64,000 nt of DNA from NCBI GenBank assembly GCA_031370785.1, contig JANMQY010000058.1, positions 64,001 through 128,000 on the forward strand. The letters run 5' to 3'. Shown here in pieces: positions 57,478 to 64,000 of this stretch (its first letter is position 1; every line of letters begins with the position of its first letter). This stretch comes from Candidatus Eiseniibacteriota bacterium (GTDB taxonomy: Bacteria; Eisenbacteria; RBG-16-71-46). The notes under the pieces are model-generated. The model ran no database searches, had not been told where the DNA came from, and worked only from the letters and a program-made list of their open reading frames with translations. Both the position numbers and the translations under genes were made by a program.

Positions 57478-58872
57478 CTAGTCCGAGAGACCCGAGACGT
57501 CCTCGGGGCCCTGCATCGCGGTAACCCCCGCGCCTGGGTTCGGGAACGAGCCCGGCACGAACGGCGCGTATTTCTCTGCGAGCGCGCGGGTTCCGGCGGC
57601 GCGCAGCTTCTGGATCAGGAAGTGGAACTTGTTCTCGAGCGACTGGCCGATCGCGGCGCGCACCGAAGGCGCCATTCCCCACAGCTCACGCTTGTAGGCT
57701 CCGAGCGCCTTCTTCCGTGTCTTGTAGAAGAACTGCTCGTCGCTGTCGGTGCTCTTGCGCTCGGCGGCCTCGGTGACACGCAGCTTCTGGTAGATCTCGC
57801 GCTTGAGGTCAGCGGGGAAGGAGGGATGATCGAAGATCATGTTCTGGAACTCGGTGGCCAGGTGGATCTCGCACGCCCCCAGCGCCGGGAAGCGATCGAA
57901 GAGCTCGGCCGGCAGCGTCGATGCGCCGTGCTGAACCGCTCCCGCCATCCCGTAGGCCTCGCGCGCCAGTTTCGAGAGCGTCTCGAGCGCCGCGAAATCG
58001 ATCTGGACCTGAGCGATCGAGCCGTCGGGAAGCGGAACGCCGCCGTGTGAGGTGCCGGTCTGGATCGAGATCTTGCTCAGGCCCGCCACGCCCGGCGCGA
58101 GCCTGCTCGACTCCGCGCGGTACACCTTCATGAACGCGTGCAGCTCCTCGGGCGTGGAGTTCCGGCTGCCCACCTCGCCGATCTCGCCGCCCACCGAGAT
58201 GGTGACGCCGTGCGGTTGCTGGCCGCGGATGAACGCGGTCAGCTCGGCGCAGCGCTCGCCGTTGGCGGCCTGCTGCGCCTCGTGCCCCTCCTTCGACAGG
58301 TCGACCAGGGTCGAGGTGTCGACGTCGATGTTGTAGAAGCCGGCGTGGATCGCCTCCGCGGTGAGATCCTTCACCGCCTTGAGCTCGGGCGCCGGATCCG
58401 ACAGGAACTTCTTCGCATTGATCTGGAAGTGGTCGCCCTGCACGAACACCGGGCCCTTCCACTTCTCGCGCAGCGCAGCGGCCAGCACCACGAAGGTGTA
58501 CTCGGCGGGGCGCTGGTCGGTGTAGCTGATCTCGGAGCGCGCGATCTCGCAGATCACCGCTCCGGCGTCCAGCGCGCGCCTCGCGCGGAACAGCGCGCGC
58601 GCGGTGTCGTAGCTCATGCCGCGGATGTTGAACGCCGGCACGGTGAAGTCGTGCGGCGCCTCGCCCCGGCCGCGTGCGAGGTAGAGCTCGTTGATCGAAG
58701 CCGGATAGATCCCCTGGGATTGCGCCTGCCCGAGCACGGCGGCGCGCGCCGATTCACGCACCTCCGCCTCGCCGAATACGCCAGTCCATACCAGCCGATC
58801 GAGCGCGTCGCCGTTGCCGCTCGCGAGCGCCGCGACGGCGTGACGCAGGTCATCCAGACTCTTGAGTTCCAT
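57478..58872 (-). CDS. Class II fructose-bisphosphate aldolase family protein with N-terminal extension
   Basis: VPAFN, QGDH, GEIGEVG, GTSHGG, QHGAS; adjacent to fbp. Confidence 0.85.
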   Translation of the reverse strand: MELKSLDDLRHAVAALASGNGDALDRLVWTGVFGEAEVRESARAAVLGQAQSQGIYPASINELYLARGRGEAPHDFTVPAFNIRGMSYDTARALFRARRALDAGAVICEIARSEISYTDQRPAEYTFVVLAAALREKWKGPVFVQGDHFQINAKKFLSDPAPELKAVKDLTAEAIHAGFYNIDVDTSTLVDLSKEGHEAQQAANGERCAELTAFIRGQQPHGVTISVGGEIGEVGSRNSTPEELHAFMKVYRAESSRLAPGVAGLSKISIQTGTSHGGVPLPDGSIAQVQIDFAALETLSKLAREAYGMAGAVQHGASTLPAELFDRFPALGACEIHLATEFQNMIFDHPSFPADLKREIYQKLRVTEAAERKSTDSDEQFFYKTRKKALGAYKRELWGMAPSVRAAIGQSLENKFHFLIQKLRAAGTRALAEKYAPFVPGSFPNPGAGVTAMQGPEDVSGLSD

Positions 58873-59015
58873 TGGGTTTCGCGGGCTCCCAGGCGCACCG
58901 TGCTGCGCCCTGCGAGGGGGTCGTGGGATGTACGGAAGGCGTTCGGAGTATAGCCCGGCGCGCGGGCTTGGGACCAGTCCCTCGAGCAGACTGACTGCGT
59001 TGCCTTCGCAGCTTC

Positions 59016-60269
59016 CTACTCGGCAGCGACCCCGAGCGCGGTGATGCCGTCCGCGACCTTGCGCAGCTCCGGGAAGCGCGCCGGATCGAAACTCGCGATC
59101 GCCGGTGCGGTGCGAAACGCGAGCAGGCGCGCCAGGTCGAGCGTGCACGCCGCGGCCATGCCCATGCCGTGGCCGGTGTATCCGGCGCACAGGGCCAGGT
59201 GATGATCGGCGTCGAGCCACCCCACCAGCGGCCGGCCGTCACGCGCGAACGCCATGGTCCCGGCCCAGCGGTATTCGATCGCCGCGCCCTCGGGCACGAG
59301 CTCGGCGAGTCCCTTCTCGATGCCCTGCTGGATGTGCGGGGTGGGCTCGATGTCGAACCCGACCTCGTGGTCGGGATCGAGGTCGCGCCAGCCGCCGATC
59401 ACGAGCCGTCCGTCTTTGGTTTGCCGCCAGTACTGGTAGCCCCAGTGCGCGTAGGTCGGATGCGGTGCGACCGTGCGCGTGAGCGGAGCGGTCGCCAGCA
59501 TCTGGCCGCGGCGCGGCGCGATCAAGGGCTCCAGCGCGGGCACGAGCTTCGGTGCCTGCGCATTGTTGGCGAGCACCAGGGTGCGGGCCTTGACTGTTCC
59601 CGTGGCGGTGCGCGCCTCCCACTCTCCGCCGCGCCAGCTCGCGCCCTCGATCGGTGAGCGCGCGTAGATCTTCGCGCCGAGCTCGATCGCGGCGCGCGCG
59701 AGGCCGATCAGGAAGCGCACCGGGTGGAGCTCGCCGTCCTCCTCGGTGAAGAACGCGGCGACGAAGCGGTCGTGTGTCCCGCCGGGCAGAGCATCGGCAG
59801 GCTGCACTTCGACCGACTGGAATCCGTCGGCGCGCATCAACGGCAGCGAGGCGCGCTGCTCTTCGGCCTCGTCCTCGGTTCGCGCCAGGCGCATGCTGCC
59901 GAGCCCGCGGTAGTCGCACTCGATCTCCAGCGTCTCGATCAGCTCGCGGACGCGCTGGTGGGAGCGGCGTCCGGTTTCCAGCACCGCGCGGGCGCCATCG
60001 CGGCCCCACAGCGCGACCGCCTCGGTATAGGGCTCGGCCGGCGCCACCAGCAGGAATCCAGCATTGCGTCCGCTCGCCGCGCCCGCCGGGATTCCGGATT
60101 CGAGCACGGCCACCGATGCGCCCTGCTGTGCGAGCGTGTAGGCAAGGGTCAGTCCGGTGATGCCGCCGCCGACGATCAGCGTCTCGGTTTCGAGCTCGCC
60201 TTCGAAGCTCGGAAACTCGGGGCCGGGTTCGGTCCACCACAGCGGCAAAGATGACGAGCGGGGTTCCAT
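59016..60269 (-). CDS. FAD-dependent oxidoreductase (DadA/PuuB-like)
   Basis: GGGITG, ASGRNAG, GYTGHGMG. Confidence 0.85.
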   Translation of the reverse strand: MEPRSSSLPLWWTEPGPEFPSFEGELETETLIVGGGITGLTLAYTLAQQGASVAVLESGIPAGAASGRNAGFLLVAPAEPYTEAVALWGRDGARAVLETGRRSHQRVRELIETLEIECDYRGLGSMRLARTEDEAEEQRASLPLMRADGFQSVEVQPADALPGGTHDRFVAAFFTEEDGELHPVRFLIGLARAAIELGAKIYARSPIEGASWRGGEWEARTATGTVKARTLVLANNAQAPKLVPALEPLIAPRRGQMLATAPLTRTVAPHPTYAHWGYQYWRQTKDGRLVIGGWRDLDPDHEVGFDIEPTPHIQQGIEKGLAELVPEGAAIEYRWAGTMAFARDGRPLVGWLDADHHLALCAGYTGHGMGMAAACTLDLARLLAFRTAPAIASFDPARFPELRKVADGITALGVAAE

Positions 60270-60327
60270 GTGCGCGTATCATGCCCTGCGCGACTCTCCG
60301 CGACAAGCGCATCACACCGCGCATCGG

Positions 60328-60356
60328 TTGACAGTCCGAGATGAAGGGGCTTCAAT
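60328..60356 (+). promoter_or_regulatory. sigma70-like promoter
   Basis: TTGACA-N17-TTCAAT. Confidence 0.55.
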
Positions 60357-60392
60357 CGCGGCGGTCGTTCCATTCTTCAATGCACGTGAAAC

Positions 60393-60908
60393 ATGGGAGC
60401 TCCGGTGAACCCTCCTGCCCAGGTGGTGTGCCGTTTCCAGGTGAATGGCGACGTGCGCGAATGCGCGGTCGCGCCCAACACCACCCTGCTCGAAGCGCTC
60501 CGCTACGGACTCGGGCTGACCGGCTCCAAGCAGGGCTGCGACAAGGGCGATTGCGGCGCCTGCACCGTGGTGATGGACGGCGCGCCGGTGCTGGCCTGCA
60601 TCACGCTGGCGCTGGCCTGCGAAGGCCGCCTGATCACCACCGTGGAGGGGCTGGCCCACGGAGCGACGCCCCACCCGCTGCAGGACGCCTTCGATGTGTG
60701 CGGCGGGGCGCAGTGCGGCTTCTGCACCCCGGGCGTGCTGATGAGCGCGTGGGCGCTGCTCGAGCACAATCCCAGCCCGACCCGCGCCGAGATCGCGCTG
60801 GCGCTCTCGGGAAACCTGTGTCGCTGCACCGGCTACACCAAGATCTTCGAAGCCGTCGAGCTGGCCGCGACGCGCCGGAGCGTCGCGACCGCGGACGGGA
60901 AGTCATGA
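60393..60908 (+). CDS. 2x[2Fe-2S] subunit of a xanthine-oxidase-family enzyme (HcrC-like; start may be GTG 60405)
   Basis: KQGCDKGDCGAC...C and QCGFCTPG...CRCTGY. Confidence 0.9.
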   Translation: MGAPVNPPAQVVCRFQVNGDVRECAVAPNTTLLEALRYGLGLTGSKQGCDKGDCGACTVVMDGAPVLACITLALACEGRLITTVEGLAHGATPHPLQDAFDVCGGAQCGFCTPGVLMSAWALLEHNPSPTRAEIALALSGNLCRCTGYTKIFEAVELAATRRSVATADGKS

Positions 60909-63394
60909 GCCGCGCGAAGGACGAAGCCGCGCGCGTGCCCGACCCCAGGGTTCCCTCAGGTCGCCAGATGCCCGAAGAGAACCGGCTGACCCCTCCGGTG
61001 TGGCCCGGCGGGCGGACCGCGGCGCCGGGTACGGATTTCTCGGTGATCGGGCGGCGCAACCGGAAGCTCGAAGGTCTGGCCAAGGTCACCGGCCGCGCGG
61101 TATTCGCGGACGACCTGAGCCTGCCGCGCATGCTGCACGGCAAGCTGCTGCGCAGCATCCACGCGCACGCGCGCATCCGCTCGATCGATCCGAGCGCGGC
61201 GCTGGCGATGCCCGGCGTGCACGCCGTGATCACCGGCCGCGACCTGCCCGCCTGGTTCGGCATCATCCCCTGGACCGAAGACGAGCAGGCGCTGTGCGAG
61301 GAGAAGGCCCGCTACGTGGGGGATGCGATCGCGGCGGTGGCCGCCGACACCGAGCTCGCGGCCGAGGAAGCGCTGCGACTGATCCGCGTCGAATACGAAG
61401 TCCTGCCCGCGGTGACCTCGATCGACGAAGCGCTCGAGCATCCGGAGTGGAAGGTGAACGAGAAGGCGCGCGAGGGGAACATCTCCAAGCACGTTCACCT
61501 CGAGTTCGGCGACGTGGACGCGCGGATCGCCGACAGCGACGAGGTGATCGAAGGCGAGTACTGGTACGAGGGCTCGACCCACGCGCCGATCGAGCCCCAC
61601 TGCGCGATCGCAGACTTCGATGCGACCGGATTCCTCACCCTATACTCGAGCACGCAGGTCGCGCACTACCTGCACCGGGATCTGGCCAGGGTGCTCGGGC
61701 TCCCCACCCAGCGCGTGCGCGTGATCCAGCCGGTGGTCGGCGGCGCGTTCGGCGGCAAGAGCGAGCCGTTCTCGCTCGAGTTCTGCGCGGCCCGGCTCTC
61801 GATGGACTTGGGCCGACCGGTCAAGATCCTCTACACGCGTGAGGAAGTCTTCTACGCGCATCGCGGACGGCACCCGATGCGAATGCGCTATCGCACCGGC
61901 ATCCGGCGTGACGGCACGCTCACAGGGGTGGACGCGAAGATCCACATCGATGGCGGCGCCTACTCCTCGTTCGGCCTCGTGACCACCTACTACTCGGGCC
62001 AGTTGCTCAGCGCCCCTTACAAGATGGAGGCGTACCGCTTCGATTCGACGCGCGTGTTCACCAACAAGCCGTGCTGCGGACCCAAGCGCGGGCATGGCTC
62101 GGTGCAGCCGCGGTTCGCGTTCGAGTGCCAGATCGACAAGCTCGCCGAGGCGGTAGGGCTGGATCCGATCGAGGTGCGGCGGCGCAACTTCATCGGTGAG
62201 AATTCGCGCACCGTGAACGGCATGCGCGTGACCTCGAACGGATTCCTCGAATGCCTGGAACAGGTGGAGCGCGCCTCCGCCTGGAAGGAGCGCTTCCGGC
62301 GCATGCCTTACGGCCGTGGAGTCGGCGTCGCCGGCAGCATGTACATCAGCGGCACCAACTACTGCATCTACCCGAACGAGATGCCGCAATCCGGCGTCCA
62401 GCTGAAGCTCGACCGCAGCGGCCGCGCCACGGTGTTCTGCGGAGCGAGCGACATCGGGCAGGGCGTGGAGTCGGTGCTCGCGTACATCGTGGCCGAGGAG
62501 CTGGGCCTGACCCTGGGAGACATCCGCGTGGTCGCGGCCGACACCGACCTGACCCCGGTGGACCTGGGCTCGTATTCGAGCCGCGAGACTTTCATGGTCG
62601 GCAACGCCTGCCTCGATGCCGCGCGCCGCCTGCGCGGGCTGGTGGTCGGGACGCTGGCCGAGGCATGGGGCTGCGCACCCGCGGAGGTGAAGCTCGCCGG
62701 CGGCATCGCGAGCACCGCGCGCGACGCGGAGCGCGAGCGCATGAGCGTGAAGGAGGCGTTCCAGCGCACCGAGGCGCGCCATGGGACGCTGGGATCGGTG
62801 GGCTGGTACCAGACGCCCAGGCTCGGGGGCGACTATCGCGGCGGCACCATCGGGGCATCCCCGGCCTACTCGTTCACCGCCCACGTCGCCGAAGTCGATT
62901 GCGATCCCGAGACTGGTTTCATTCAGGTCAAGAAGATCTGGGTGGCGCACGACTGCGGCCGTGCACTCAATCCGGTCGCGGTCGAGGGCCAGATGGAGGG
63001 CAGCGCCTACATGGGCTTCGCCGAGGCGCTGTTCGAAGAGCAGGTCTTCAAGCCCGCCACCGCGGCACATGGCGCGGGGCTTCATCACGGTCCCTCGCTG
63101 CTCGACTATCGCATTCCAACCTCGCTCGACACGCCGGAGCTGGAGTCGCTCATCGTCGAGTCGGTGGATCCCGAGGGGCCCTACGGCGCGAAGGAGGCGG
63201 GAGAGGGGCCGCTCCATCCGAGCGTGCCCGCGATCGCGAACGCCATCTACGACGCGCTCGGAATCCGCTGCGACCGGCTTCCGTTCAGCCCCCCTCACGT
63301 GCTGCGCCTGCTCCGTGCCGGCGACGCGCGTGCGGTCTGGCAGAAGGCGCGCGGCCAGCGATCAGGCCACGTCCCGGCCGGCGCGAGAGGGTAG
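60905..63394 (+). CDS. Molybdopterin-binding subunit, 4-hydroxybenzoyl-CoA reductase alpha-like
   Basis: GGAFGGK, RGRHP, RGHG, SSR, GQMEG, GAKEAGEG. Confidence 0.85.
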   Translation: MSRAKDEAARVPDPRVPSGRQMPEENRLTPPVWPGGRTAAPGTDFSVIGRRNRKLEGLAKVTGRAVFADDLSLPRMLHGKLLRSIHAHARIRSIDPSAALAMPGVHAVITGRDLPAWFGIIPWTEDEQALCEEKARYVGDAIAAVAADTELAAEEALRLIRVEYEVLPAVTSIDEALEHPEWKVNEKAREGNISKHVHLEFGDVDARIADSDEVIEGEYWYEGSTHAPIEPHCAIADFDATGFLTLYSSTQVAHYLHRDLARVLGLPTQRVRVIQPVVGGAFGGKSEPFSLEFCAARLSMDLGRPVKILYTREEVFYAHRGRHPMRMRYRTGIRRDGTLTGVDAKIHIDGGAYSSFGLVTTYYSGQLLSAPYKMEAYRFDSTRVFTNKPCCGPKRGHGSVQPRFAFECQIDKLAEAVGLDPIEVRRRNFIGENSRTVNGMRVTSNGFLECLEQVERASAWKERFRRMPYGRGVGVAGSMYISGTNYCIYPNEMPQSGVQLKLDRSGRATVFCGASDIGQGVESVLAYIVAEELGLTLGDIRVVAADTDLTPVDLGSYSSRETFMVGNACLDAARRLRGLVVGTLAEAWGCAPAEVKLAGGIASTARDAERERMSVKEAFQRTEARHGTLGSVGWYQTPRLGGDYRGGTIGASPAYSFTAHVAEVDCDPETGFIQVKKIWVAHDCGRALNPVAVEGQMEGSAYMGFAEALFEEQVFKPATAAHGAGLHHGPSLLDYRIPTSLDTPELESLIVESVDPEGPYGAKEAGEGPLHPSVPAIANAIYDALGIRCDRLPFSPPHVLRLLRAGDARAVWQKARGQRSGHVPAGARG

Positions 63395-63400
63395 GGCGCC

Positions 63401-64000
63401 ATGCTGACCCTCCCCGCATTCGAGTGGGTCCGGCCCCGGACGCTGGAAGAGGCGCTCGAGTTCCTGGCCGCGCATGCTGGCCAGTGTCTGATCGTGGCCG
63501 GAGGCACGGATGCCGTTCCGAACCTCAAGCATCGTCTCCACGATCCCGCCTACGTCGTGCACCTTTCGGGAATCCGCGAGCTGGCGTTCGTGCGCGAGAG
63601 CGCCGATGGGCTGGAGCTCGGCCCGCTGGTGACGTTGACCGCGCTCTCGGGCGATGCGCGGGTGCGGCGCGACTACCCATCGCTCGCTCGCGCGGCCTCG
63701 CTGGTCGCCTCCCCCCAGATCCGCAACATGGGCACGCTCGGCGGGAACCTTTGCCTGGACACCCGCTGCACCTACTACAACCAGACCTTCTTCTGGCGTG
63801 AGGCGCTCGGGTTCTGCCTCAAGAAGGAGGGCACGGTCTGCCACGTCGTGCCACAGGGCAGGCGCTGCGTCGCGGCGCACTCCTCGGACGTGGCTCCGGT
63901 GCTGATCTCGCTCGGCGCCTCGGTCGAGATCGCGCGCTCAGGCGGGAGGAGAAGCATCAGCCTCGATGAGTTCTTCGTGGGAGACGGCATCCACAACAAC
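63401..64000 (+). CDS. FAD subunit with [4Fe-4S] insertion (HcrB-like; partial, absent from the ORF track)
   Basis: My translation gives AGGTD, QIRNMGTLGGNLCLDTRCTYYNQTFFWREALGFCLKKEGTVCHV...RCVA. Confidence 0.88.
   Translation, partial: MLTLPAFEWVRPRTLEEALEFLAAHAGQCLIVAGGTDAVPNLKHRLHDPAYVVHLSGIRELAFVRESADGLELGPLVTLTALSGDARVRRDYPSLARAASLVASPQIRNMGTLGGNLCLDTRCTYYNQTFFWREALGFCLKKEGTVCHVVPQGRRCVAAHSSDVAPVLISLGASVEIARSGGRRSISLDEFFVGDGIHNN

Noticed and set aside
1..64000. CRISPR arrays, tRNA/rRNA genes, IS elements, prophage, selenocysteine read-through
   Set aside because: I saw no regularly spaced repeats, RNA gene signatures, transposase/integrase motifs or in-frame TGA at conserved Cys positions; coding density leaves little room for them.

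Overview
High-GC chromosomal window from a diderm bacterium. T9SS-type C-terminal sorting domains, PorV-like and GWxTD proteins and Cys-type CcmE point to an FCB-group candidate phylum such as Ca. Eisenbacteria; this is inference only. Left to right: (1) a minus-strand type IV minor-pilin operon (FimT/GspH-, PilV-, giant PilW- and PilX-like) behind a sigma54-type promoter; (2) an M6 protease plus M23 peptidase, divergent from GWxTD plus NlpC/P60; (3) an outer-membrane barrel with a structured leader, then a TonB-dependent receptor / large sorting-domain protein / PorV-like trio; (4) glutamate dehydrogenase; (5) an unknown barrel plus two related lipoproteins; (6) an orphan terminator with a structured candidate sRNA; (7) mreBCD-mrdA-rodA-lgt-aroE-comF-cbiMQO-rarA; (8) a MetE-like protein coupled to a hybrid kinase; (9) a radical SAM enzyme plus an atypical metallophosphoesterase; (10) apbC-iscS-pdxST-nrnA-ccmABCDEF (System I*); (11) an HD-GYP regulator; (12) a small protein-dinB-DUF72 cassette with a candidate operator; (13) arsC-like, fbp, class II aldolase and an FAD oxidoreductase; (14) an hcrCAB-like molybdo-flavoenzyme running off the right edge. 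I recognised no rRNA, tRNA, CRISPR array or mobile element. All calls come from reading motifs by eye; no database searches were run.
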